NCBI GenBank assembly: GCA_965243135.1
Contig: OZ251539.1
Span: 160,001-224,000 of the forward strand
DNA: 64,000 bases
Origin: Alphaproteobacteria bacterium
GTDB lineage: Bacteria; Pseudomonadota; Alphaproteobacteria; MPNO01; UBA830
Direction of reading: 5' to 3'
The notes under the pieces were generated by a model. That model was not told where the DNA came from, searched no databases, and worked only from the letters and a program-made list of their open reading frames with translations. Shown here piece by piece: positions 8,524-17,426 of the stretch. The translations under genes were made by a program, and so were the position numbers. How positions within the stretch are numbered: position 1 is the stretch's first letter; every line of letters starts with the position of its first letter.

Positions 8524-9987
8524 ATGCCGCTCGACCTCAAGGATCCCCGGCTCTTCCGCGAAGCCTGCTACATCGACGGCCGATGGGCCGGCGCCGGATC
8601 GAACGAAACCATCGACGTCCTGAACCCGGCGACGAACGAAGTGATCGGCACCGTTCCCAAAATGGGGGCGGAAGAGACTCGCCAGGCGATCGAGGCGGCC
8701 AACGCGGCCTGGCCCGCGTGGCGCGCCCGGACGGCCAAAGAGCGGGCGGCGATCCTGCGCAGGTGGCACGACCTGATGCTGGAGAACCAGGAGGATCTCG
8801 CCAGGATGATGACCGCCGAGCAGGGCAAGCCGCTCAAGGAATCCATGGGAGAGATTCTCTACGCGGCGTCCTTCATCGAATGGTTCGCCGAGGAGGGGAA
8901 GCGGGTCTACGGCGACACGATTCCCCAGCACGCGCCGGGAAAGCGCATCGTCGTCACCAAGGAGCCCGTGGGCGTATGCGCCGCCATCACGCCGTGGAAT
9001 TTTCCGGCCGCGATGATCACGCGCAAGGCCGGTCCCGCGCTGGCGGCCGGCTGCACCATGGTCGTCAAGCCCGCGACCGCCACGCCCTATTCCGCGCTGG
9101 CCCTGGCGGAGCTCGGCGAGCGGGCCGGCCTTCCGGCCGGGACGTTCAGCGTCGTCACCGGCGCTTCCGGAGCGATCGGGGGCGAGATGACTTCCAATCC
9201 CGTCGTTCGGAAGCTGACCTTCACCGGCTCCACGGAAATCGGAAAGCTGCTGCTCGAGCAATGCGCGGGCACCGTCAAGAAGACGTCGATGGAACTCGGC
9301 GGCAACGCGCCCTTCATCGTCTTCGACGACGCCGACCTCGACGAAGCGATCGCCGGCGCGATGGCGTCCAAATTCCGCAATACCGGCCAGACCTGCGTCT
9401 GCGCCAATCGCCTGCTGGTCCAGGACGGCGTCTACGAGGCGTTTTCCCGGAAGCTGTCCGAGGAGGTCGCGAAGATGCGGATCGGCGACGGGCTTTCGGG
9501 AGAGACCGATCAGGGGCCGCTGATCGACATGGCGGCCGTCGAGAAGGTGGAGGAGCACATCCAGGACGCGGTGGCGCGCGGCGCCAGCGTGGCCGTGGGC
9601 GGCTCCCGCCACGAACTGGGCGGGACGTTCTTCCAGCCGACGGTTCTTACCGAGGTCGACACCGGCATGAAGATAACCCGCGAGGAGACGTTCGGCCCCG
9701 TCGCGCCGCTCTACAGGTTCGAGACCGAGGAGCAGGCGCTCGCCATGGCCAACGACACCGAGTTCGGCCTTGCGGCTTACTTCTACAGCCGGGACGTCGG
9801 CCGCATCTGGCGGGTGATGGAGGGCCTCGAATACGGCATCGTCGGCGTCAACGAGGGCATCATCTCGACCGAGGTCGCGCCGTTCGGCGGGATGAAGGAG
9901 TCCGGCGTCGGCCGCGAAGGCTCCAAATACGGCATCGAAGACTTCCTGGAAATCAAGTACGTGCTGATCGGCGGCATCGGCGCTTGA
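8524..9987 (+). CDS. gabD: NAD(P)-dependent succinate-semialdehyde dehydrogenase
   Basis: AAITPWNFPAAMITRKAGPALAAGC, FTGSTEIGK, ELGGNAP, FRNTGQTCVCANR, EETFGP; RBS GGAGA before ATG 8524. Confidence 0.92.
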   Translation: MPLDLKDPRLFREACYIDGRWAGAGSNETIDVLNPATNEVIGTVPKMGAEETRQAIEAANAAWPAWRARTAKERAAILRRWHDLMLENQEDLARMMTAEQGKPLKESMGEILYAASFIEWFAEEGKRVYGDTIPQHAPGKRIVVTKEPVGVCAAITPWNFPAAMITRKAGPALAAGCTMVVKPATATPYSALALAELGERAGLPAGTFSVVTGASGAIGGEMTSNPVVRKLTFTGSTEIGKLLLEQCAGTVKKTSMELGGNAPFIVFDDADLDEAIAGAMASKFRNTGQTCVCANRLLVQDGVYEAFSRKLSEEVAKMRIGDGLSGETDQGPLIDMAAVEKVEEHIQDAVARGASVAVGGSRHELGGTFFQPTVLTEVDTGMKITREETFGPVAPLYRFETEEQALAMANDTEFGLAAYFYSRDVGRIWRVMEGLEYGIVGVNEGIISTEVAPFGGMKESGVGREGSKYGIEDFLEIKYVLIGGIGA

Positions 9988-10009
9988 AGCCCGGACCGGG
10001 AAACGCGTC

Positions 10010-11356
10010 GTGACCGGCTACGACCTCTTCGTCATCGGCGCCGGATCGGGCGGCGTCCGCGCCGCCCGCATGTCGGCGTCCTACGGCGCCCGGGTCGCGG
10101 TGGCCGAGGAACGCTTTCTCGGCGGCACCTGCGTCAACGTCGGCTGCATCCCGAAGAAGCTGTTCTCTTACGGCGCGCATTACGCCGAGGACGCGCGCGA
10201 CGCCGCCGCCTACGGCTGGAACTTCGAGGAGCCGACCCTGCGCTGGCCGGATCTGATCGCCAACAAGAACCGCGAGATCGAGCGTCTCAACGGCGTCTAT
10301 CGCGACCTGCTCGGGAACGCCGGGGTCGCGCTCTACGAGGCGCGGGCGAGAATGGTCGACGCGCGCACGCTCGACGTGGGCGGCGAAACGGTGACCGCCG
10401 ACCGGATCCTGATCGCGACCGGCGGCCGGCCCCGTATGCCCGGCACGCCGGGCATCGAACGCGCCATCGCGTCCGACGACGCCTTCTATCTCGAAGACCG
10501 CCCGCGCCGCGTCATGGTCGTGGGGGGCGGCTATATCGCGGTCGAGTTCGCCAGCATATTCAACGGATACGGGGCCGAGGCCGAACTGGTCTACCGCCGC
10601 GACCTGTTCCTGCGCGGCTTCGACATCGACGCGCGCCGGCATCTCGCCGGGGAGATGGAGAAGAAGGGCGTCGCCCTGACCTGGAACCGGACCGTCGAAC
10701 GCATCGACAGGACCGCCGGCGGGCTCGACGTGACCATGGACGACGGCGAAATCCGGCAGGTCGACCGGATCATGTACGCGATCGGCCGCGATCCCAACAC
10801 CGCCGGCATGGGCCTCGCGGAGAGCGGCGTCGCGCTCGACGGCAACGGCGCGGTCGTCGTCGACGATTATTTCCGGACCAGCCTCGACAACGTTTACGCG
10901 ATCGGGGACGTCATCGACCGCCATCAGCTGACTCCGGTCGCGATCGGCGAGGCGATGCGGCTCGCGTCCAACCTCTTCCGGGGCACGAACCTCAAGATGG
11001 ACTACGCGGACATCCCGACCGCCGTCTTCTCGGATCCGCCGGTCGGCACGGTCGGGCTGACGGAGGACGACGCCCGCGCCGCGTACGGCGACATCGACGT
11101 GTACCGGTCGACCTTCCGGCCGCTGCGGCACACGCTGACCGGCTCGGAAGAGCGGACGATGATGAAGCTGATCGTCGACAGGGCGTCCGACCGGGTCGTC
11201 GGCTGCCACATGGTCGGCGCGGACGCCGGAGAAATCGTCCAGGGCCTCGCCGTCGCGCTCAAATGCGGCGCCACCAAGGAGCGGTTCGACGCGACCGTGG
11301 GGATCCATCCGACCGCCGCGGAGGAGTTCGTGACGATGCGCGACGCGGTCTCCTGA
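10010..11356 (+). CDS. gor: Glutathione-disulfide reductase
   Basis: GAGSGG FAD motif, [13 protein letters not shown] redox pair, [11 protein letters not shown]-terminal [14 protein letters not shown]. Confidence 0.93.
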   Translation: MTGYDLFVIGAGSGGVRAARMSASYGARVAVAEERFLGGTCVNVGCIPKKLFSYGAHYAEDARDAAAYGWNFEEPTLRWPDLIANKNREIERLNGVYRDLLGNAGVALYEARARMVDARTLDVGGETVTADRILIATGGRPRMPGTPGIERAIASDDAFYLEDRPRRVMVVGGGYIAVEFASIFNGYGAEAELVYRRDLFLRGFDIDARRHLAGEMEKKGVALTWNRTVERIDRTAGGLDVTMDDGEIRQVDRIMYAIGRDPNTAGMGLAESGVALDGNGAVVVDDYFRTSLDNVYAIGDVIDRHQLTPVAIGEAMRLASNLFRGTNLKMDYADIPTAVFSDPPVGTVGLTEDDARAAYGDIDVYRSTFRPLRHTLTGSEERTMMKLIVDRASDRVVGCHMVGADAGEIVQGLAVALKCGATKERFDATVGIHPTAAEEFVTMRDAVS

Positions 11357-11459
11357 TCGCAGGCTTCCGCGCGGGCGATCGCCGTTCGCGCGGTTTTTGT
11401 GGATAACGGCGGCCGATGCGCGTATACGCATCGGAGCCGCGACAAGAGGCAGCGAACCG

Positions 11460-12827
11460 ATGCAGTGGTCTCCCGACAGCTGGCGAAGCCGGCCGATCTT
11501 CCAGGCGCCGCGATATCCGGACCCGGATGCGTTGAAGGACGCGGAAGACCGGCTTCGCGGCTATCCGCCGCTCGTGTTCGCGGGCGAGGCCCGCAGGCTG
11601 CGCGGCCAGATCGCCGCGGCGGCGGAAGGGCGGGCTTTCCTGCTGCAGGGAGGCGACTGCGCCGAGAGCTTCGCCGAATTCGATCCGAACAATATCCGCG
11701 ACACGTTCCGCGTTCTTCTGCAGATGGCCGTCGTGCTGATCTTCGCGTCGGGCAAGCCGGTCGTGAAGATCGGCCGGCTCGCGGGGCAGTTCGCCAAGCC
11801 GCGCTCTTCCCCCGACGAGGAGCGGGACGGCGTCGTCCTTCCCAGCTACCGCGGCGACATGATCAACGACATGGCGTTCGACGCGGACGCCCGGCGGCCG
11901 CAGCCCGGGCGCATGATACAGGCCTACAACCAGTCGGCGGCCACCCTCAACCTGCTGCGCGCCTTCGCGCAGGGCGGGTACGCCGATCTGCATCAGGTGC
12001 ATCGGTGGAATCTCGAGTTCGTTTCCGCCGGCCCGCAGGCCGACAGGTATCGCGAACTCGCGGACCGGATCGACGAGGCGATGACGTTCATGGCCGCCTG
12101 CGGGCTTACGCCGGCCGCCACGCCCCAGCTTCGCGAAACAGACTTCTACACCAGCCACGAGGCGCTGCTCCTCGGTTACGAGGAGGCGATGACGCGCGTC
12201 GATTCCACCTCCGGGAACTGGTACGACACGTCGGCGCACCTGCTGTGGATCGGCGACCGCACGCGCCAGCCGGACTGCGCTCACGCGGAGTTCCTGCGCG
12301 GAATCGCCAATCCGGTCGGCCTCAAGACCGGCCCGTCCCAGACGCCCGACGAGCTGCTGAGGCTGATCGACATTCTCGATCCCCGCAACGAGCCGGGCAG
12401 GCTGGTCCTCATCAGCCGCATGGGGCACGACCAGGTGGAGGCGAAGCTTCCGCCCCTCGTGCGCGCGGTCGCCCGCGAGGGCAGGCAGGTCGTCTGGACC
12501 TGCGATCCCATGCACGGCAACACGGTCAAAAGCCGGGCCGGCTACAAGACGCGGCCCTTCGACAGGATTCTGCGGGAGGTCCGCGGGTTCTTCGCCGTGC
12601 ACGAAGCGGAAGGGACGCACGCCGGCGGCGTTCATGTCGAACTGACCGGCCGCAACGTGACCGAATGCACGGGCGGCGCGCAGGACATCACCGACGAGAA
12701 CCTTTCCGACCGGTATCACACCCATTGCGACCCGCGCCTCAACGCGTCGCAGTCCCTGGAACTGGCCTTCGTGATCGGGGAGCATCTGAAGCGCGCTCGC
12801 GAGCCGGTCCGCGAAGCCGCGGAGTAG
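11460..12827 (+). CDS. 3-deoxy-7-phosphoheptulonate (DAHP) synthase, class II
   Basis: [12 protein letters not shown] start, [42 protein letters not shown]. Confidence 0.95.
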   Translation: MQWSPDSWRSRPIFQAPRYPDPDALKDAEDRLRGYPPLVFAGEARRLRGQIAAAAEGRAFLLQGGDCAESFAEFDPNNIRDTFRVLLQMAVVLIFASGKPVVKIGRLAGQFAKPRSSPDEERDGVVLPSYRGDMINDMAFDADARRPQPGRMIQAYNQSAATLNLLRAFAQGGYADLHQVHRWNLEFVSAGPQADRYRELADRIDEAMTFMAACGLTPAATPQLRETDFYTSHEALLLGYEEAMTRVDSTSGNWYDTSAHLLWIGDRTRQPDCAHAEFLRGIANPVGLKTGPSQTPDELLRLIDILDPRNEPGRLVLISRMGHDQVEAKLPPLVRAVAREGRQVVWTCDPMHGNTVKSRAGYKTRPFDRILREVRGFFAVHEAEGTHAGGVHVELTGRNVTECTGGAQDITDENLSDRYHTHCDPRLNASQSLELAFVIGEHLKRAREPVREAAE

Positions 12828-12842
12828 ATCGCTGCCGGTCTC

Positions 12843-14555
12843 ATGACCGATACGCTCGACATAGCGCTGGCCCAGCTCAACCCGACGGTGGGCGACGTGG
12901 AGGGCAACGTCGGCCTTCTCCGCCGCGCGCGCGCGCGCGCCGCCGAACTCGGCGCCGACCTGCTGGTCACCGGCGAACTCTTCGTTTCCGGCTATCCGCC
13001 GGAAGACCTCGTGTTCCGGCCGATCTTCCGGGAGACGGTCGAACGCGAGGTGAACGCGTTCGCGGCCGAGACCGCGGACGGCGGACCGGCGGTTCTCGCG
13101 GGCGCGCCGTGGGCGCAGGACGGCAAGCTGTACAACGCCGCGTTGCTGATCGACGGCGGCGTCGTCGCGGCGATTCGCTTCAAGCGCGATCTGCCGAATT
13201 ACGGAGTTTTCGACGAGAAGCGGTTTTTCGCGGCGGGCCCGCTCCCGGGCCCGGTGAATTTTCGGGACGTGCGGCTGGGGGCGATGATCTGCGAAGACAT
13301 GTGGACGGACGAGGTCGCGGAATGCCTGGAGGAATCGGGCGCGGAGATCCTCGCCGTCCTCAACGGTTCTCCCTATGAGACCGGCAAGTGGGACGCGCGG
13401 CTCAACCTGGCCGTCGCCCGCGCGACGGAGTGCCGCCTGCCCCTGATCTACGTCAACCAGGTGGGCGGCCAGGACGAGCTGGTGTTCGACGGCGCCTCTT
13501 TCGCGATCGGCGCCGACGGGGCGTTGCGCGCCTGCGCGCCGCCGTGGAGGGAAGACCTGCTGCTTACCCGCTGGCGGCGGGGAGCGTCGGGCTGGATCTG
13601 CCACGAGGCCGACAGGTCGCCGCCGCCGGAGGGCATCGGGGCCGTCTACGCGGCGATGGTGCTGGGCTTGCGGGACTACGTCGCCAAGAACGGCTTTCCC
13701 GGCGTCATCATCGGGCTGTCGGGCGGGATCGATTCGGCGTTGACGGCCGCCGTCGCGGTCGACGCCCTTGGGGCCGACCGCGTTCGCTGCGTCATGATGC
13801 CGTCGCGCTACACGTCGCAGGAAAGCCTGGACGACGCGGCGGCCGTGGCCGCCTCGCTGGGCGCGCGTCTCGACAGCATTTCCATCGAGCCCGCGATGGC
13901 CGCCTTCGACGGCATGCTCGCGGAGGTCCTCGCCGGAACGGAGGCCGACACGACGGAGGAGAACATACAGGCGCGGTCGCGCGGCATCGCGCTGATGGCG
14001 CTTTCCAACAAGACGGGCGCGATGGTGGTCTCGACCGGCAACAAGTCCGAAATGTCCGTCGGATACGCCACGCTCTACGGCGACATGTGCGGCGGTTATT
14101 CCGTGCTTCGGGACGTCTACAAGACCGACGTGTTCGCGTTGTGCCGCTGGCGCAACCGGAACCGGACGGACGGCGCGGCGGGCCCGGACGGCCCCGTGAT
14201 GCCGGAACGCGTCATCGCCAAGCCTCCGTCGGCCGAGCTCAAGCCCGATCAGACCGACCAGGACACCCTGCCGCCTTACGAGGATCTCGACGCCATCCTG
14301 AGGTGCCTGAACGAACGCGACATGAGCATCGACCGGACGGTGGAGGAAGGCTTCGACCGCGCGCTCGTGCTGCGGGTCTGGCGCATGCTGCTGGGAGCGG
14401 AATACAAGCGGCGCCAGGCGCCGCCGGGCGTCAAGACCACGGGCAGATCCTTCGGGCGCGACCGGCGCTATCCGATCGTCAACGCCTTCCGCGGTCGCCC
14501 GCAGGCGCGCGGCGGCGTTGCGCGGAACCCCGAAAATCCTGTAAGTCGGGGCTGA
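12843..14555 (+). CDS. nadE: Glutamine-dependent NAD+ synthetase
   Basis: N-terminal nitrilase-like domain (ELFVSGYPPED, LPNYGVFDEKR, ICEDMW) followed by GLSGGIDS, TGNKSE, GYATLYGD, KPPSAEL, EYKRRQAPPG. Confidence 0.95.
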   Translation: MTDTLDIALAQLNPTVGDVEGNVGLLRRARARAAELGADLLVTGELFVSGYPPEDLVFRPIFRETVEREVNAFAAETADGGPAVLAGAPWAQDGKLYNAALLIDGGVVAAIRFKRDLPNYGVFDEKRFFAAGPLPGPVNFRDVRLGAMICEDMWTDEVAECLEESGAEILAVLNGSPYETGKWDARLNLAVARATECRLPLIYVNQVGGQDELVFDGASFAIGADGALRACAPPWREDLLLTRWRRGASGWICHEADRSPPPEGIGAVYAAMVLGLRDYVAKNGFPGVIIGLSGGIDSALTAAVAVDALGADRVRCVMMPSRYTSQESLDDAAAVAASLGARLDSISIEPAMAAFDGMLAEVLAGTEADTTEENIQARSRGIALMALSNKTGAMVVSTGNKSEMSVGYATLYGDMCGGYSVLRDVYKTDVFALCRWRNRNRTDGAAGPDGPVMPERVIAKPPSAELKPDQTDQDTLPPYEDLDAILRCLNERDMSIDRTVEEGFDRALVLRVWRMLLGAEYKRRQAPPGVKTTGRSFGRDRRYPIVNAFRGRPQARGGVARNPENPVSRG

Positions 14556-14571
14556 TTCCGGGCGGGGACTC

Positions 14572-16167
14572 ATGGAAGACGACCGTATCCATCTCTACGA
14601 TACGACGCTGCGCGACGGCGCGCAGACCCAGGGCGTGGACTTCACCGTGGCGGACAAGATCGCGATCGCCCGCGCCCTGGACGGCATCGGCATCGACTAC
14701 GTCGAGGGCGGCTGGCCCGGCGCCAATCCGACCGACGACGCCTTTTTCCGCGAGGCGCCGGCGTTGAAGCGCGCGAAATTCGCCGCCTTCGGCATGACCC
14801 GCCGCTCCGGCCGCTCCGCGGCGAACGATCCCGGCCTGGCCGCGGTGATGAACGCGTCGCCGGCGGCGGTCTGCATCGTCGGAAAGACCTGGGACTATCA
14901 CGTGGACGTGGCGCTCGGGGTCGACCGCGACGAGAACCTCGGCATGATCTCCGACTCGATAGCCTTCGCCGTTTCCCGGGGCGCGGAGGCGCTGTTCGAC
15001 GCCGAGCATTTCTTCGACGGCTACAAGGCCGACCCCGGCTACGCCATGGCCTGCGCCCTGGCGGCGCATCGCGCCGGCGCGCGCTGGATCGTCCTCTGCG
15101 ACACCAACGGAGGAACGTTGCCGCACGAGGTCCGCGAGATCGTCGCGGCGGCGGGCCGCGAGATTCCGGGAACCCGTCTCGGGATCCATTGCCACAACGA
15201 CACCGAGAACGCGGTCGCGAATTCGCTGGCGGCGGTGCGCGCCGGGGCCCGCCAGATCCAGGGCACCCTCAACGGCCTCGGCGAAAGGTGCGGCAACGCC
15301 AACCTCACGGCGATCATTCCGAACCTGATGCTGAAAATGGGGTTCCGGACGGGCATGTCCGAGGAGGATCTGGGCGGCCTCACCAAAGCGTCCCGCCTTC
15401 TCGACGAGCGGCTCAACCGGCCGCCGTCCCGGAACGCCGCTTACGTCGGATTGTCGGCCTTCGCCCACAAGGGCGGGCTGCACGTCTCCGCGGTCGAAAA
15501 GAACCCCGCGACCTACGAGCACATCGACCCGGCGCTGGTCGGGAACGAACGCCGCATCGTCGTGTCCGACCAGTCCGGCCGCTCCAACATCCTCGCCCGG
15601 TTCCGGAAGGCCGGCATCGACATCGATCCCGGGCACCCCCGGCTTCCCCGGCTTCTCGAGCTGGTCAAGCAGCGCGAGTTCGAGGGCTACGCCTACGACG
15701 GCGCCGAGGCCAGCTTCGAATTGCTGGCCCGGCAGACCCTCGGCGAGATGCCCCGGTTCTACGTCCTGAATTCGTTCCGGGTTCTCGACGAGCGGCGCTG
15801 GAACGCGCGGGGCGATCTGGTGACGCTTTCGGAAGCGACCGTCAAGGTGGCCGTCGGCGGGGAGCAGCACATGGCGGTCGCCGAGGGGAACGGCCCGGTC
15901 AACGCGCTGGACAACGCGCTCGGCAAGGTGCTGCTTCAAAGCTATCCGCAGCTCCGGGACATGCGGCTCGTCGACTACAAGGTGCGGATCCTGACTCCGG
16001 CGGACGGCACGGGCGCGATGACCCGCGTGCTGATCGAAAGCGCCGACAGCGCCGATCATCGCTGGTGCTGCGTCGGGCTTTCGACGAACATCATCGACGC
16101 GTCCTACAACGCGCTTCAGGACTCGATCTCCTACAAGCTGCTCCGCGCCGGCGCGGTTCCGGCGTGA
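14572..16167 (+). CDS. cimA: Citramalate synthase (LeuA/CimA family)
   Basis: YDTTLRDGAQ, EGGWPGANP, FDAEHFFDG, LCDTNGG, HCHND, GERCGNA, HKGGLH, GNGPVNALD, DYKVRIL. Confidence 0.9.
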   Translation: MEDDRIHLYDTTLRDGAQTQGVDFTVADKIAIARALDGIGIDYVEGGWPGANPTDDAFFREAPALKRAKFAAFGMTRRSGRSAANDPGLAAVMNASPAAVCIVGKTWDYHVDVALGVDRDENLGMISDSIAFAVSRGAEALFDAEHFFDGYKADPGYAMACALAAHRAGARWIVLCDTNGGTLPHEVREIVAAAGREIPGTRLGIHCHNDTENAVANSLAAVRAGARQIQGTLNGLGERCGNANLTAIIPNLMLKMGFRTGMSEEDLGGLTKASRLLDERLNRPPSRNAAYVGLSAFAHKGGLHVSAVEKNPATYEHIDPALVGNERRIVVSDQSGRSNILARFRKAGIDIDPGHPRLPRLLELVKQREFEGYAYDGAEASFELLARQTLGEMPRFYVLNSFRVLDERRWNARGDLVTLSEATVKVAVGGEQHMAVAEGNGPVNALDNALGKVLLQSYPQLRDMRLVDYKVRILTPADGTGAMTRVLIESADSADHRWCCVGLSTNIIDASYNALQDSISYKLLRAGAVPA

Positions 16168-16970
16168 CCGCAGCGACGCTCCGCGAGGCGTCCGCGGTCG
16201 GCGCGCCGCCGGCGGTCGTTCTCGTTCGTCCCACGCTCGGCGAGAACATCGGCGCGGCGGCGCGCGCCATGATGAATTTCGGGTTGCGCGAAATGCGCCT
16301 CGTCCGGCCGAAGGGGGAGTGGCCCAACTGCAAGGCCCTCAACACCGCCTCCGGGGCGGAACGCGTTCTCGAGGAGGCGCGGCTGTTCGATTCCACGGCC
16401 GCGGCGACGGCCGATCTGCAGCGGCTCTACGCCACGACGGCGCGCATGCGGGACATGGAGAAACCGGTGCTGACGCCGCGGGAGCTGGCGCCGGCGCTGC
16501 GCCGCGACGCGTCGGGCGGCGTTCGCTCGGGCGTCCTCTTCGGCCGGGAGGCGAAGGGCCTGCACAACGACGACGTGGCGCTCGCCGACGCGATCGTCAC
16601 GTTCCCCGTCAGTCCCGAGCACCGGTCGCTCAACCTGGCGCAGGCGGTGCTGCTGATCGGCTACGAGTGGTTCGGAGAGCCGGGGTCCGTCGCGGCGTCG
16701 GCCCGCAAGGGCGGCGAGCCCGCGCCGCGGGAGGCGTTGATCGGCTTCTTCGAGCATCTCGAGCGGGAACTGGACGGCGGCGGGTTCCTGTTTCCGCCGG
16801 AGAAGCGGCCGCGGATGGTGCGCAATATCCGCAACATTTTCGTCCGCGCCGGATTGAGCGAGCGGGAAGTGAAGACTCTGCGCGGCGTCGTCGCGGCGCT
16901 CGCCCGGCCGCGGGAACGCGCTCGGCGGCGTCCGGAAGCGGCGTCCGGCGGCGGCGTCGAGAAGGCGTGA
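16164..16970 (+). CDS. trmJ: TrmJ/LasT-family SPOUT RNA methyltransferase
   Basis: GTG 16164 overlaps the cimA stop (GTGA). VVLVRPTLGENIGAAARAMMNFG, FGREAKGL, SLNLAQAV, EVKTLRGV. Confidence 0.85.
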   Translation: MTAATLREASAVGAPPAVVLVRPTLGENIGAAARAMMNFGLREMRLVRPKGEWPNCKALNTASGAERVLEEARLFDSTAAATADLQRLYATTARMRDMEKPVLTPRELAPALRRDASGGVRSGVLFGREAKGLHNDDVALADAIVTFPVSPEHRSLNLAQAVLLIGYEWFGEPGSVAASARKGGEPAPREALIGFFEHLERELDGGGFLFPPEKRPRMVRNIRNIFVRAGLSEREVKTLRGVVAALARPRERARRRPEAASGGGVEKA

Positions 16971-17184
16971 CCGCGCACCGAGTTAATTGACCGCTTTCGT
17001 TGGGGAATTATTTACGAAAGCCACATTTTCCCTTGATGCTATCCAGGGAAATAGTAAGGCACCGGCTCAAGCATTGGGCTTGGCCGCTTGGCCAAAATGC
17101 CGTCCCCGCCCGAAACTGTTCTGTTGCGCTGGAGGCACTACAGCGCCACTGACGCGCGGGCTTCGGGATCGGAGCGGAGGGGAC

Positions 17185-17331
17185 ATGGACGAGCGGGAAG
17201 CTCGGAAGCAAAGCGGATGGTCCACTGTCCGCGTGAGGTCACCCGATTACCAATCTGGCAACGCAATACAGGAAGAGCGCGCCCGCGCTGTGCTACAGTT
17301 CGTCAACGTTGTCCGAGACTCCCACGCTTGA
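17185..17331 (+). CDS. Possible 48-aa small protein
   Basis: Strong RBS-like GGAGGGG before ATG 17185 (MDEREARKQSGW...); no recognisable domain. Confidence 0.2.
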   Translation: MDEREARKQSGWSTVRVRSPDYQSGNAIQEERARAVLQFVNVVRDSHA

Positions 17332-17358
17332 TCGTTGGAATTGAGACTCTCGTATAAT
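17328..17358 (+). promoter_or_regulatory. Candidate sigma70 promoter for the R-M gene
   Basis: Perfect TATAAT at 17353-17358 and TTGATC at 17328-17333 (19-bp spacer, longer than ideal); AGGAGG RBS at 17414-17419. Confidence 0.4.
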
Positions 17359-17426
17359 TCCCTTTCGTTGCGGTGGTTGGCCCCGCGGAGAAGCGGTCGT
17401 GCGCGAAGGAAACAGGAGGAAAGCTG

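Noticed and set aside
15189-16163. 593-aa version of the TrmJ-like ORF
   Set aside because: The upstream part overlaps cimA out of frame; family similarity begins only after GTG 16164.
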